Shown here in pieces: positions 45,160-60,779 of a DNA stretch of 64,000 bases. The first letter of the stretch is position 1; each line of letters begins with the position of its first letter. A program made the position numbers and the translations under genes. Below the pieces are notes generated by a model. It ran no database searches, was not told the origin of the DNA, and was given only the letters and a program-made list of their open reading frames with translations. Origin of the DNA: the human T2T-CHM13v2.0 reference genome, Homo sapiens; NCBI RefSeq assembly GCF_009914755.1, contig NC_060938.1, one strand, 5' to 3'.

Positions 45160-45535
45160 TGATGTACATTTTACAAGGATCATTGCTGGACTTATTTATT
45201 GGGTGGAGAAGAGACCTGAAGTAGATTGATGGGGGCAAAGGCAGAATCCTGGAGCTGGGTAAGAGGCTGAGATGGTGGTGGAGGTTTGCACTGGGTGACA
45301 CAGTGGAGGTGCTGAGAGGTGGTCAGAGTCGAGATTTGTTGACAGCTTGGATGTGGAGGGTAAGAAAAAGAAAGGAACTTGGGATGACTTCCAGGTTTCT
45401 GGCACAAGCAACACAAAGGATGGAGTTACCATTAATTAAGATGGCAGAAAACCATGGGAAAAGCAGGTTTTGGGGAGAAGATGAGGAATCTGGTTTTGAA
45501 CATGGAGATGTCTATCTCACATTCAGATACAGAGT
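45160..45535 (-). mobile_element. L2 fragment
   Basis: GATGACTTCCAGGTTTCTGGC ... GGATGGAGTTACCATT ... GGTTTTGAACATG. Confidence 0.75.
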
Positions 45536-46212
45536 TTAGAGTAGAATACTCGCAGAAAAGATAAAAACAATTTCAATGTCACTAATAGGGACTGGTGAAA
45601 TTATGGCACATTGATATGACTGCTGAAAGAACAGGAGTTACAAAGAATGTGATATCACTACAATAATATGAAATGTTGTCTATATAAAAAAGCAAGTTGC
45701 TGAATGGTACGACAGCATTTTAATTAGATATCTCTATATAGTCTATGTATGTATGTGCATGTATATATTAGTTTACATACTCAGAAAAATTTGGATCTAT
45801 AGACACCAAATAATTTAGCAGTGTTTACCTGGAGAATGAGAATGGTGAAGGGAAGAATGGAAGGAAAAAATCGTACTTTATTTCTATATTGTTAGAAGTT
45901 TTAAAGAAAGAGCATGTATTACAAGTTAGTACAAATTAACAAAGATTGAAAGGATTGAAACCTTTTAAAAAGTGTTTGAAATGATGCTTGCTTCATATAT
46001 AAGCAAATTTTCTCAAATACAAGCACATTTTGCCGAGGTTGTTCTTTGAAATGAAGTAGCATTTTTTGATTGCAGCTTTTATCTGAGGCAGCAAGTGGTC
46101 TAAGATATGGAGTGGGTGGTGGTGAAGAGTAGAAGAGAGAAAGAAGGCATGCAGAAAGGGGAATGGCAGGCAAGGGGCAGGCATAACTTAGAGATCTAAA
46201 TCCCAAGCTAGG

Positions 46213-46518
<306 letters not shown>

Positions 46519-46750
46519 CAAGCTAGGGGCAGTACAGGATCTCTGGCCATGTTTTTGCTTGGCTAGCACAGTGTTTTTAAATTTTTAAATGTGGATGTCT
46601 TTAGGCAACTTGGGAGCTCTCCAGTTTGCCATAAGCTCTACCACTCCTCATGATTTCGCATGACGCCTATGTCGCACATGTATGTTTCTGTAGGCAGTGA
46701 CTCTTCCAGCCCTGCAAGCACTGAATTCTTACTCTGGGCTCAGCACTATA

Positions 46751-47076
46751 CAGATGTTCCTTGATTTACCATTGTAAGTTGTAAATATCGTAAGCTGAAA
46801 ATGCATTTAATCCACCGAACCTACTGAACATCATAGTTTAGCCTAGCCTATTTAAATGTGCTTAGAACACTTACATTAGCCTACAGTTGGGCAAAATCAT
46901 TTAACACAAAGCCTAGTTTATAATAAAGTGTAGAATCTCATGTACTTTATTGAATACTGTACTGAAAATGAAAAACAGAAAGGCTGTGTGGGTACTCAAA
47001 GTACGGTTTCTACTCAACGCCTATCTCTTCAACACCACTGTAACGCTGAACCATCCTAAAAGTCACGGACCATTTG
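46751..47076. mobile_element. Tigger3a (MER7A) MITE
   Basis: TA-CAGATG ... CATTTG-TA ends; CCTACTGAACATCATAG.TTAGCCTAGCCTA core. Confidence 0.88.
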
Positions 47077-48254
47077 TATGAAATTCTGCCTTATACTGTC
47101 TTGGTGGCATAGGTAATGCCAGAAGATCAAGAGCATTAACAGAATTTTCCCCACAACATTTTCATGTCTCATCTATCCTCCTTTGAGCCATATCCATTTT
47201 CTTACACAACAATAAAAATTAAAATTGTTACCATATCATTTTTAAAGTTCCTACTTACGTTGCAAACAACGTGAAATACACAAATCATCAGGTAATGGAA
47301 TCTTGACTTTTTATTTAATTTTGGCAATTCTTTCTTCTCTGGACCGACAAGAGTTTTCCCTATTTAAGTAGAGAGTAGCACATAAAGGTCACATGATGAA
47401 TATTGTTATTAAAGTAACTGTGGCAGGAACAGATGGAATGAAATGATATGATCTTTGGAATCTCGTGACTGTGCAAAAAGTAGGTACTTCTGAGTAACAC
47501 AGTCTGAAGGCTAGGACAAGAAATGCTGGCAGGTAAAGCCAAAATAAAGTCATAAATTCAGCATATATTTTGGCAGGCATCTTTTCATATATTACATAAT
47601 ATCCACTCTAAGATTTCTTGGAGTGACTGTTCACATAATTATTTGTCGGATGAATGATGAATGAATAAACAAAGGAATGTTCTATATGTGACATTTCTTC
47701 ATTTCAATGAAAAGAGAGCCTTAAATAGTTCTCGCTGAATTCTTTCAGTGTCAAGATCTAATATGGCCCCTAGGCTGGTGTGTGGCACTCAAGTTCTGAG
47801 TATGGAACATGGAACTAAGTAAGAGAAGCTTTACTACAAGATATGAAAGGGAAAAGGCTATAATGTTTAATCAAATTTATCCAGGGAAAAAATTTTGAAA
47901 ATGTTCTTTTCAATAATCATGGAACATCCATTGTCTTTTTAAGGTTTCTTTCTCAGAACTGCAGAAATCATTTAGTCTAGGAGAACACTGTGTGGCTTAA
48001 ATTTATTTTCTTTCTCTCTAGACTCTCTGCCAAGAACTACAGAGCAAAATGAAATGATGGTGTGGGGAGACAGCTGCTAAGTAATCTCTTTATTGTATTT
48101 CTAATAAAATAGCTACACCACTTCTGTTGCTAACATATAGCCATATTAGTTCTGAAATAAGCTATTATGGTTTTTTCCCCTCAGTGGACTCCAGTTGCAA
48201 TAAGTAATACATCATTTATAATTGGAAATGTGTATCCCTTAAAGAAAAGTTTGT

Positions 48255-48596
<342 letters not shown>

Positions 48597-49721
48597 TTAA
48601 ACTTCTAAAGATTTGTGAGTCTACTTGCAACCGGCAATTGGATCTGCATATGTAATTTGATACTGACTGAGCCCCTTCTCCAGGCAAGGCACTGGGAGTG
48701 CAAGGAATTAGAAGGGAAGCCGCCTCCGGCAGAACTCTGCGGAAGACATTTGTGGGAAGGAGACTTGGAAAGCTGTTTGGGAAAGTAGGAAGGTGCATGG
48801 ATCTCAGGGCAAAGAGCATGCTTAGAAGGTAGGCTCAAGAGTGCCCAATACTGCAAGGACTGAAGTACCCACGGGTAGCAACAAAGAGGTTCAAGGCAGT
48901 TTCAGCAGAGTTACTGGGGCAGAAATAAAATCACAGTGGACTGAAAGAGATTTGGATATGAGAAGTAGAGAAGTGACTGCAGCTTAATGCAGAGCTTCAG
49001 ACAGAGAAGATAATTGATGCAGTTAGGACCAGAGGAAGTAGAAAAGGGCAGAATCCAAAGCTATGGTGGAAGGATTTGTCTGGGGCTGGGAGATAGGAGA
49101 AATAGTACCCCTGCCATTGTGACCAGAATGAAGCGGGCAGTGGTTAGTGCTGAAGAAAGTTAGCCATCATCCCCCATCACCCTCATCCTTACCAACAGTG
49201 TATAGTAACTGCAGAGGGAAGCAGAAAGTAAAAGACATTATGCTTTGATGACTTCTATTTTCTTGGAGATATAGGAGGCAAGGCCATTTGCTGAGAGTGA
49301 CAGGGAAAATGGGGCAGGAGCCTGAGAAAAGTGGCAAAGGTTTGAAAGTGCTTCTGTGGAAACCAGAAAGAGCTGCCTGAGAGAACACAGCAGGATGCCC
49401 GGAGGCAGAGGCCCAGCATGTTTACACTGCTGATACAGGCTGAGGTCCCTTATCTGAAATGCCTGGAACCAGAAGAGTTTCAGATTTCTGATTTTTTTCA
49501 GATTTTGGAATATCTGCATATACGTAATGAGATATCTTGGGATGGCACTCAAATGTAAAGACAAAATTCACTGATACTTTATAAACATATGTATAGCCTG
49601 AAGGTAATTTTATATAGTATTTTCAACAATTTTGGTTTATGAAACAAAGTTTTGACTGCAACCAGTCACATGAGGTCAGGTGTGGAATTTTCCACTTGTG
49701 GCGTCAGATCAGCTCTCATAA

Positions 49722-50111
<390 letters not shown>

Positions 50112-50907
50112 CAACCTGTATATTTTTATTGCAGACACTCAACAACCTAAGCGTAAAGCAAGAAGATGGAGAGTCAGGTTGGCCCAGGGCTAAGATTTTG
50201 CTAGGCAGGAGTGACGGATAAACAAGGGTGCTAGGAAGTTGACGGCATTGCTAGGAGTATGAGGGGCCATAGGCTCCAGGCTAGACAGGGAAAGAAGGGA
50301 GTACCACAAGAGGTTTACAGTCTGAGAAAACACAGATGGTCAAGGGACTACAGGTCTTGATGAAAATCAAGTGTAATGGGGCCCAGCATAAGACTCAGGA
50401 CAGAGGCGACCCTACCCTGGGCCCTGCATTTTAGAGGACTAGGCTCAGTCTCATCTTTTGCTCTAGAGTCCTTCCATGGAGCAAGGACTCTATTGGACCA
50501 GGAGATATGTCCATCCAAAGCTCATACCCATTACCTTTTAGACCACATTCCAGGTACCTGGGACCCTAGAATTTCCTTCCTACACAGCCCTGAGGCTGCT
50601 TTTAGTACCTTTGCAGGCCTCTTCCTGAGGGTCTGCCCAGAGTGGTTGTTTGAAGGGGATGTGGATTAAGCATGGATGTTGGGGGCGGTGTGTCCACACA
50701 GTGTGTAAGGCTCTTCACCATGGGGAGCAGGGCTAGGGACCAGACGTCAGTACTCCCCTGTGCCATAGATGTTCCACATGAACCTCCAGGAAATTGATGA
50801 ATCCCAAATAAAACCTCTCCCTTCTAGCTCATTATTAATGTACATCTGTCAGGGTAGAAAGATAAAACAGATTTTATTTAATAGTTTACCTTGATTTATA
50901 ATGTCTA

Positions 50908-51364
<457 letters not shown>

Positions 51365-51399
51365 TTAAACCACATAAGCCTTATACTATTTATTCTCTA

Positions 51400-51822
51400 T
51401 TTGCATATCCATCCAATCAATTTTCTGCCTTGCCCTGTGCCCTTCTGGGTCACATTACCTGGGCTCCCTTCCAGTTAGGTTTGGCCAACAGAAGTTCCAC
51501 CAAGAAACTGGAGTGTGGGAGAAGAGAGGATGGGATATTTCTTTCCTGTAGCCTCCCTGCTTCCTTCTGGTAATGGCTACTTTCCTCCAGATACAGCTTC
51601 TACCAGGCAGCCCTTCTCAATAGCTCCAGCTCTCTTGGGCTCCTGTAATAACATTTCCTCCCTTGCCCTTTAGAGCCTGCTGTTCTTAGTCTCTGGGCAC
51701 CTCAAATGACCTTGTTGTATGCTTTATTCCTGGCCTTATATCTGTAAATAGTCCCTTCATTCAAATCTCTTGAATTTAGGTATCTGAATAACATTGTTTT
51801 CTGCTGGGGCCCTGACTGATAG
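51400..51822 (+). mobile_element. LTR33-like ERV-L LTR
   Basis: CTTCCAGTTAGGTTTGGCCAA ... TGTAAATAGTCCCTTCATT.AA ... GGGCCCTGACTGATA. Confidence 0.7.
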
Positions 51823-52299
51823 AACCATTTTTAAAAACAAGAAAGAAAAGTCTCTGTGAATAAAAAACGATAATAAACCCATGCTGGTAGTGACGTGTAA
51901 GACTATGGCCATTGTGAGATTGAAGGTAGGGGCAGGTGCTGAAAAGACATGGGGTCTGAGGTTTCTACATCTGCAAAGGGAAAAGAATATGAATCCTGAG
52001 CATGACTCCACATAAATCTAGGGGTGGGGCGGGGAGCTGTGGGGGTGATATCAGTTTCTTTTTTTTCAGTGAGGGTCAAGGCCCCAAATTACCTATGATT
52101 AGAGATGAAGATAAGACACCTATATATAACTAGCTTCTGAGTCTGCATTTCACATGGGCATAGAAATCACTTCCCTGCAGTAGGATTCCCAAGCTATGCC
52201 TAACTTATGAATTGTTTCAGAGCTGAGGAATTCATAGGCCTGGGGTTGAGACAATTCCCAAAGAGAACCTTTATAGGGCAAATCTGTAGGGAAGTTAAG

Positions 52300-53005
52300 C
52301 TCTTAATTAAAGAAAATTACAAAAGGATATGCACCATGATTAAAAGCAGTTCAATGAATGAGGAGATTCATATCCGAGGAAATATGTACTACAGAACACT
52401 CTGAATAAAGACTTAAAAATCCTCAGTCATAATAGAGATTACTAGCAAGATTGTAAAATCAGAAAGTTGTGAAATAAAAAGAGGTAGAAATGAAAAGGAA
52501 CCAACTGAAAGTCTTAGAATGAAAAATTATATAATTAGCAGAATTGACAGAGCTGAAAAGAGATTTGATGAACTGGAATGTATAACTGTGGAAATCTCCC
52601 AATATGCACTACAGAGAGATAAAAAGGAAAAAAAAAACCCAAAAAAACCCTGAAAGGAAAGTCAAAAAAACACAGAAGACACAAGGGAAAGTGCTAACAT
52701 TAAACTAAAAGAAATTTCAGAAGGAGAGAAAATATTTAATGCTGCAAATATCAGATTAAGGGAGAAAAACAATAACAGCATTTCACATATGTAGAAAAAT
52801 ATTCAAAGAAACCCAACAGATATTTATAATGGAAAAATTGAGCAGATTGGGAATACAAACGCATTTTGCTTCCACCAAAACCCTACAGCAACATCATACT
52901 AAATGGTGAGACTTTAGAAGTATTTCCTTAAAAAGGCTAAAAGCACATAAGGATGTCCACTATAATTTCTACTACCCAACATTATATCAGAGATCCTGAC
53001 TCATA
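52300..53005 (+). mobile_element. Degenerate L1ME ORF1/ORF2 fragments
   Basis: GAATTGACAGAGCTGAAAAGAGA ... AAACCCTACAGCAACATCATACTAAATGGTGA. Confidence 0.6.
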
Positions 53006-53776
53006 AAAAAGAGTTATTTCAATGTGATATTTTAGCAAAGATGTGTTTCCTGGTAATGATCCAGGGTATAGCTAAGGAAGCAGGCGGCTAAAGTAACACA
53101 GATAAATTCACTAGAATTGATGATGTGAAAGAAATGAAAATCTAAAGGACTGAGTAGTTTTGATGATGGCAGGGCTTTGAGTTTTGGGGGAGGCTATATG
53201 TGACATAGGTGACTATGAGGTTAGTGGATGACAGTATTATGGACAGAGGACAAATCAGTCAGATAGCAGGATGATCAGAAGAGTAGGGTCTACAACAGAG
53301 TGGGAAACAATGGACTCCGAACAGCACTGTGCTTCTGGAGCAGGATTCTCTCACCTGGGAAAAGCTCTCAGGGAAGAGTCAAATTTCAGTTAAGGCAAGA
53401 AGGCAGGTACAATGTTCTACCATCCAGTTAAGGAGGTGGGTGTATTTACTATAAAAATAGGATTCCAGGAACATCTTTCACAAGTTTGAGAGAGGAAAAG
53501 GGTGGAGGCTGAGTGAGAACAAATAAAGAGCAAAGTAGAATGGGGATGGGACAACCAGAGAGAGGGGCTTCTTTTTCTAACAGAGTGGTCAGACTGTGAG
53601 CCTGGGGCATTAGCTGGTGTTGAGGTTGGAGGTCTCTCTGTTAGTCTGCCACAGCCCAGATACTTACAGGAGGATCCATTATATGTGTTAAGAAATGGAA
53701 CATGAGGTCTCTTTGGGGTCATGATGGGAAGAATAAAAACAAGAGGGAAACAAGTGAGGTGGTTTGGCAGGCAGCT

Positions 53777-54182
53777 TGTATTAGTCAATTCTCACACTGC
53801 TATAAAGAAATACCTGAGACTGGGTGATTTATAAAGAAAATAGGTTTAATTGGCTTACAGTTCCACAGCCTATACAAGAAGCATGGTGGCTTCTGCTTCT
53901 AGGGAGGCCTCAGGAAACTTACAATCATGGTGGAATGCAAAGGGGGAGCCAGAACTTCACATGGCTGGAGCAGGGGGAAGAGAGAGGAAGGGGGGAGGTG
54001 CTTCATACTCTGTAACAACCAGATCTTGTGAGAACTCATTCACTATATAGTACCAAGGGGGGATGGTGCTAAACCATTAGAAACCGCCCCCATGAACCAT
54101 CACCTCGCACCAGGCCCCATCTCCAACACTGGGGATTACAACTGGATATGAGATGAGATTTGGGCAGACCCAAACCCTATCA
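53777..54182 (-). mobile_element. MSTA MaLR solo LTR
   Basis: TGTATTAGTC ... GGGAGGCCTCAGGAAACTTACAATCATGG ... CAAACCCTATCA; perfect 5-bp TSD CAGCT. Confidence 0.92.
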
Positions 54183-56490
54183 CAGCTCAAATGGCCTGGT
54201 TGAGTCAAAAGGCAACAAAATCAAGTCTGACCTCCAGATGAGATCCACTAGGCATTCCCCATAGATTTGCCACTTAAAAGTGCCCTTGTACTATACTGTA
54301 GTCTACGCTTACACATATTCAACACAAGTATATTCAAGTTTCTCAATATGAGAAATCTAGAAAAACTGCAATATGACATTAAAGCATGTTTCTAGAACAA
54401 ACACCCATGTCTTAAATACAATAAATATTTAGTAGAGGGCTATAAACTTGGAATCTAGAAGTATTTTATAGACTAGGCTTATACTGAAGATACTTGAGAT
54501 ATTTTATTTTACAATTGCAATGAAGAAATTGTTTTGTACTTTGCATAATTAACCTTAGAGAAATAGATTTTGGACATCACTTAACTATCCCCCAAAAGCA
54601 ATAATCTCCATTACATTTGCCTTATCATTTCCTCTGATGCAGAACACAGCATGTTCAAGTCTTAGGAGGCATCTCTTTCAGTAATGACCATTGAGGAACA
54701 AATATCAAAATAAGCAAGGATTGGCATCTGTTGGCTTATGAATCTGGAATGTTAATTATGTAAGACAAACATGATGTATTCAAGAAAATAGTACCCATTC
54801 ATCTGCTTTTTTTCAAAATGGAAAAGCACTACATTTAATTTGTGGTTCTCTGCATTTTAAATAGGCAATTCAATGAAGCAATAAATGTGTTCATAATGAA
54901 TAGATTTTTCTACATAGGGATCTCTTAATGGCAGCGGCGTAACTGAAGATTTAACCTGGTGAACATAAAAGTAAACAACAGAAACACATAAGAATAATTT
55001 GAATTGGTCAGAAAATGATGTTTTGGTTAAAAAGAATATTATTGTTGAGAATAAATTTTAGGTTGTGATAAAATGCATCATTGTGTAAAAAGATGAGACT
55101 GCTGTAATTAAGTTACCAATATCTAAAATAAGCTACAGCTCCCTGTACACACCTGTCTCCTCACAAAACTGCCATGCTTGGGCACTCTGGGGAGCCCCTC
55201 TGGCCTTCCAGTCTCCCGTGTCTTCTTCCTCACACTGCCTTGTGCTTTTTCTCCTTTAATCTAAATTCCTACTACTTTCCTCCTCCTGAACCTTTCCACT
55301 GAGTACCATGGAATTTCCATTTGCTAGTTAAACTATCATACATCCTCATCTGTCTCAGCTAATGCTCATTTCACCTCATGCCTTGATTGGAACTTGGTTT
55401 TTCGTTGGAGACATGGCTTCTCTCCATATTTTCCCCAATCCTTTCACCGCCTGACTCTTCTGGAACACCCCATTCTAACAATTTCCCCTTCTCTCTTATG
55501 TCTTCAGCTTTCTCTCTCTACTGCCTCCTTCCCATTGAGTGAAAGTAATCTCAACCTCCCTCTCTCCCCATCCTTTCTCTCTCCCCTACTGCCTTCATCT
55601 CCCCTCCCCCTCAACTACTCTCTTCTTCCCCGCCGCACCCCCAGTCTGCTATCCTCTCTCCCTCACTCTTTAACCTACTGGAGCGTGCCATTCTACTGAT
55701 ATTGTTCTGGAAGCAGTCAATGACTCAACAACTACCTCCTCGTTACTAAGTCAAAAAGACCCTCTTAATCCTCCTTGTACTTCTTGGCAGTACTTGTCAC
55801 TGCTGACCCCGCCCCCTCCTTTCTTCTTGACTCTATTCCCCTTGCCTCAGTGCTCACATAGTCTGGATTCTGTTACTTCTCTGGGCACTGTTTACTGTTT
55901 TTCAGGGACAGTTGCACACTCTCCTTTCTTTAATTATCCCTTAGATGTTGGTACCCCCAGGGTTGTCTCTTAGGCAGTCTTCTCTTCTTATTCCAACCCT
56001 CTGAGGGTTCTCACTCAGCCCATGGCTTCAGTTACAGTTTGTGTGTTGACGGCTCTCTCCTCTGTGCCTCTAGTCCAGATGCTCTTTCTGAGCTTCAGAA
56101 CAACGCATCGGAGTGCTGACCGGGCAGCTCCTCCTAGGTACCCTACAGGAACTCAAGTCAGATTCCTCCTCCTTCTCTCTAAACCTGCGCCGCCTGTGTT
56201 CCCTCTGCTGGTGAACAGTATCATGACTCCCAGGTGCTGAACCTGAAACCTAGATTCAGTCTTGATGCCTACCTATCCTTCCCTCTAGCCACACCCAACC
56301 ATTTACCTAGTTCTGTAAACTTCTCCACACACCTCTCTCTGAAGTGTATGCATGTCTCTCCAACACTTCAGCCATATCCTAGTCCAGGTTCCATCAGCTC
56401 TCTGATTGCCACAATGACCCCTAGTGGGTCTCCCCTGCCTCTAGACATCCATTCCCTATGGCCAGAGGGATCTGTCTAAAATGTAATCTG

Positions 56491-56765
56491 GGCGGGGCGT
56501 GGTGGCTCACGCCTGTAATCCCAGCACTTTGGGAGGCCGAGGCAGGTGGATCACCTGAGTTCAGGAGTTTGAGACCAGCCTAGCCGACAGGCTGAAACCT
56601 CTTCTCTACTAAAAATGCAAACGTTAGCCAAGCATGGAATCCCAGCTACTCAGGAGGCTGAGGTGGAAGAATCACTTGAACCCAGGAGGCGGAGGCTGCA
56701 GTGAGCCGAGATCGTGCCACTGCACTCTAGCCTGGGCAACAGAGTGACCCACTGTCTCAAAAAAT
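56491..56765 (+). mobile_element. AluSx-like with small internal deletion
   Basis: AGCATGG is joined directly to AATCCCAGCTACT. Confidence 0.92.
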
Positions 56766-56770
56766 AAATT

Positions 56771-56829
56771 AATATGATATAATATGATATGATATGATAT
56801 GATATGATATGATATAATATAATATAATG
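56771..56829. repeat. (ATATG/ATATA)n pentanucleotide microsatellite in an Alu tail
   Basis: About 11-12 imperfect 5-bp units. Confidence 0.9.
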
Positions 56830-57326
56830 TCCCTCTCGTGTCTTAAAACGCCCCAGTATCTTCCAGTTCCCCTCAGAGGAGGTCCTGCCTCCTGAACTCA
56901 CACAGCCCTTCGTGATGTGGCTGCTGTCCTCTAGTTCAGCTTCTGTCACACCATCCCCCTTTACCCTGTGCTCAAGCTACACTCCTCTTATTTCTGCAGT
57001 GGAGCCATGATCTCTTCCATGGGGCCCTCTGCACATGATTTTCCATATACCCAGAGGAATCACTCTGTTATTGCCTGGATAACTCTTATTCATCCTTTAA
57101 GAATCAGCAGAGAGACATTAATTCGTCCTGGAAGTTTCTAAACAGGGTGAGGTGCTCCCATATCACCCTGCGCTTTTCCTATCACAGCACTTACCACACT
57201 TTATGGGACTTATCTATTTAGCTGTAGATGACTTAGCTCCATGGGCAAGGTCCACTCCTGTCTAGTACACAATGCTATCTCTACACCAGCCCAAGCCCAC
57301 TATATAATATTCTCTATGTACCAGAA

Positions 57327-58691
57327 CGGTGGTTCTCAAACTTTTTGGCTTCAGGATTCCCTTATACTCTTAAAAACTGAGAACTCTAGAAACTTCTGTT
57401 CATATAGGTTATGTCAACAATATTTACTATACTAGAAATGAATATTAAAACTGAGAAAAATTTAAAATATTAATTCATTTTAAAATAAGTTATTTGTATT
57501 TTAACATAAACATATTTTTAAGAAAATTCATTTTGCAAAACAAAAGAAGAATATCATGATTTTACATTTTTGTAAGTCTTTTATGTGTATTCCCTAATAA
57601 ATTATAGCTAGATTCTCTCCTGCTTCCGAATTTCCTTTGTAGAGATACGGCTGTAGTATATAAAGAAAAATATGGCCTCACATAGATTCATAGTTAAAAA
57701 GGGGAGGAGTATTTTCATAGTCTTTTCAGATGACTGTAGATACTCTTGTGCTACACTGTAACTCAGTAAGTGGTATTTTCTTAAAGACTAGCTGCAGTGT
57801 AGAATTTGAAAACATATCAATTAACTTTTCATACTTTATTACGTTAACATATATTGGGGCATCTTATACTTGCAATGGATCTTTTATCCAAGCAAAATTC
57901 ATGATTTTGTAACATCTTACACTGGTCATCAAAAAATGTTTATTCACTGACTTAAATGGATCTTCTAAACGTTAGCACATTTCATTATACACTATAAAAA
58001 CCATATTTAATATCACCACTGAACTCATCAGAAAAGCCTTCATGTATTGAGAAACTGTCAAGCTCACAGTGGTGAATACAAGTTTCTCAAATTCTAAATT
58101 TCACTTGAAAGCTTGAATTTTATCATTGGCAACAAATACTGTCAGTTGTTTTCCTTGAAATGACAGGCTCACTCCATTCAGTTTTGAGAAAATGTCGACC
58201 AAATACTAAAGGCTGAATAACAGTAGTTTGTCTGTCAGTCACTCTTTCAAATAAAAATGGTGTACCAGTAAAACAGTGGCCACTTCTGATTTCAACTTAA
58301 ACAATCATGAAATCCTTTTCCTGGAGACAATCTTTTGTGCTTCTGCGTATAACAGAAATGCTGTATGGATACTTCCCAGAATATTAAAAAGATGTGCATT
58401 TGGGGATTGAGACAATAAAATTAATACTTTTTAATATTTCCTTTGAAATATTCTTAAGTGAGACTGACAATTGTTTTAAACTGTGAGGACAAGGGGGTGA
58501 TGAATACAGTGATTACGACTACGGTTTTCACTACTGTCTTCATGCTAAAATTGAATGAAATAATTCATACAATTTTACCTACCATTGCCTTTGCACCATC
58601 AATGCAAATGTCAATGGTGCCTTAATATTGTGAAAACAGTTTTGACCTCACAGACCCCTGGCGGCCCTGGATCACATACAGAGAACTGCTG
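57327..58691. mobile_element. Charlie1a-like non-autonomous hAT element, both ends present
   Basis: TIRs CGGTGGTTCTCAAACTTTTTGG ... GATCACATACAGAGAACTGCTG; about 1.37 kb. Confidence 0.88.
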
Positions 58692-60119
58692 GGTGGATGA
58701 ATGAATATAAGGAAGGCCATCACCACCCAGCTTAGATGCCTGTGACAATGCTGCCTGGGGCACTGGCCCTATGTCTGAAATCCAAGCTAAGCAACTTCTG
58801 CATGGCTAACACTTCCCCCAACCTTCCTCACTCTCAGCCTTCCCAGTCACTTCCTCCCAGCCACATCCCCACACCCGATACCTGGTTTTGGCTCAATCCC
58901 TGGGTGTTAACACTTAGGCCTTAACAAAGTCCTGGTTGGAACTTAATTTCCTGGCCTCATTTTTGTAATTCCTTCTGGGACTTGGCTTTGGGTATCAGCC
59001 CTCTGGCCTCAGGCCCCATGATCAGGAGTAAGGTAAACCCTCCTTGGTGTTGTTTCTGGAACACTATGAGGTAGACTGCCAGGGGCACTTCCAGCTCTGT
59101 ATCTAGCACCGTGGGTGTGTTGGAGGAGGCAGTGAGGGGAGGGGGCGGGGTTATAAGGATTAGGTATTTGGTATAAATTGATATTGTTTAGGAATATATC
59201 TAACATTAAAAGTAAAAAAATCTGTTTTGTTGTTTTACATTTTGCATGATGAAGTGAAATATTATTTTACTCTTGCAAATAGGGGTTAAAAAGTCTTCAT
59301 TTGGTTAATAAACATAAGCTAAAGAAATACCTAACATATTACAGTTTTTAAAATATGTGCTCATCCATTTCTCTTCCATCGGTACTTTCTGAATATGCAT
59401 CATGAGTTCATCCAAGTAAACGGATCATTTAAATATAAAAGTTAGAGTTAGGCATACCACAGGACAAGGTATCATTTTCTGAAAGTAGCTTTCAGCAAAT
59501 AGCAAATTAATTTAGAAACAAATTAATATGATTTTCAAGGAGGTCTTAAAATTAAGTTACTCATTTTATCATTAGAAATGCTTTCTTCTCCTTGCATACT
59601 TCTTATATTACTTTTCTGAGCATTCTTGAAATAAGGTTTCAAACTAAGATTTCGACGTCAGCACAGCAACCTCCTTGCACTTTGAACAGCCAAGAGCCAT
59701 CACAGTGACGTGTCTATGTGAAACAACCCTCTGGTATTTCCAAGAATCAACAGTGGAATGAAACGGCTCTCATGCCATTCTTCAGCTCTCTTGTAAGGAG
59801 TGCCCAGAGGATTAACTTCTGCGGGGCTTTGGGAAGACATCTCATACTGCCCCTGGCAGTGAAGGGCACTGTCTTAGGTGAGCAGTACTGTATGGGGTGA
59901 TGGAATGCCCAAAGGACACTGTGATTCTGTGCTTTAGGGAGAAGCAGGCTGAAGATGGACAACAGGGAGACGGATGTGCAGTCGGGAGTACTGGGTCGAG
60001 TGGTGCGTCTCTGGACAGGGGCCCCAGGGTGGCTGCTTTCCTCTTCCTTCACAAACAGGAATACACTAACCTCCAAAATGAGGCTGACTTATGTCTCCCC
60101 AGCATCGACAGACAGTTTT

Positions 60120-60375
60120 ACAGAGTTAGTATCTCAAGTTCTAGATGCAAATTGCCCGGATTTGAATATTGGCTCCATCATTTACAAGCTGAGTGACCTT
60201 GGGCAAGGGACTTAACCTCTCTAATCTTCAGAGTCCTCATCCATAAAATAGACACAGAAAGTGCACCTATCTTGCGGAGTTATAAGTGTATAAAGAGATA
60301 ATCCACATAAAGTGCTTAGCGCAGTGGCTAGCATGTAGTAAGTGCTTAACAAATGACAGCTATTAGTATTATTAG
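60120..60375 (+). mobile_element. MIR
   Basis: GTGACCTTGGGCAAG..ACTTAACCTCTCT ... TAAAGTGCTTAGC. Confidence 0.85.
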
Positions 60376-60779
60376 CATTATGCTTCTGAAAGCGTAAGCT
60401 GTACATCCTCTGGAAGGAGAAGAAATGAACCCAGGACACTTCCCCTACCAGTCTCAGGATGAACATACTAAGAAAAAGTTGAAGATTCTATCAGATTTCT
60501 TGGACACCAATGAAAGAACGTCACTAACCATGAAGAATGTTTCCATCATAATGGGGAAGGACCTCTTTAGACATTACATTTGGATTATTAACAAAGTATT
60601 ATTAAAAAGATGTAGTCTTACTAGTTGGGAACTCAAAAGGATACCAGTGCAAAGAGCTTAGTCCCTTCAGCTCTTCAATTCTGATGAATTCACCTTCACT
60701 CTGCTTCAACAATTGATCTCTGATGGCAGGGCCAGGGATATCATCAGCTACCCAGGCTTCTCTGTACATTAATTGATCA

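Larger units (their letters stand above)
55400..57320 (+). mobile_element. Long L2 fragment interrupted by an Alu
   Basis: Pyrimidine-rich L2 ORF2/3' texture; the L2 tail GGATGAATGAAT appears after the Charlie1 insertion near 58695. Confidence 0.7.

Noticed and set aside
59141-59156. GC box followed by TTATAA as a promoter
   Set aside because: The motifs abut with no spacing, and there is no CpG island or downstream exon.
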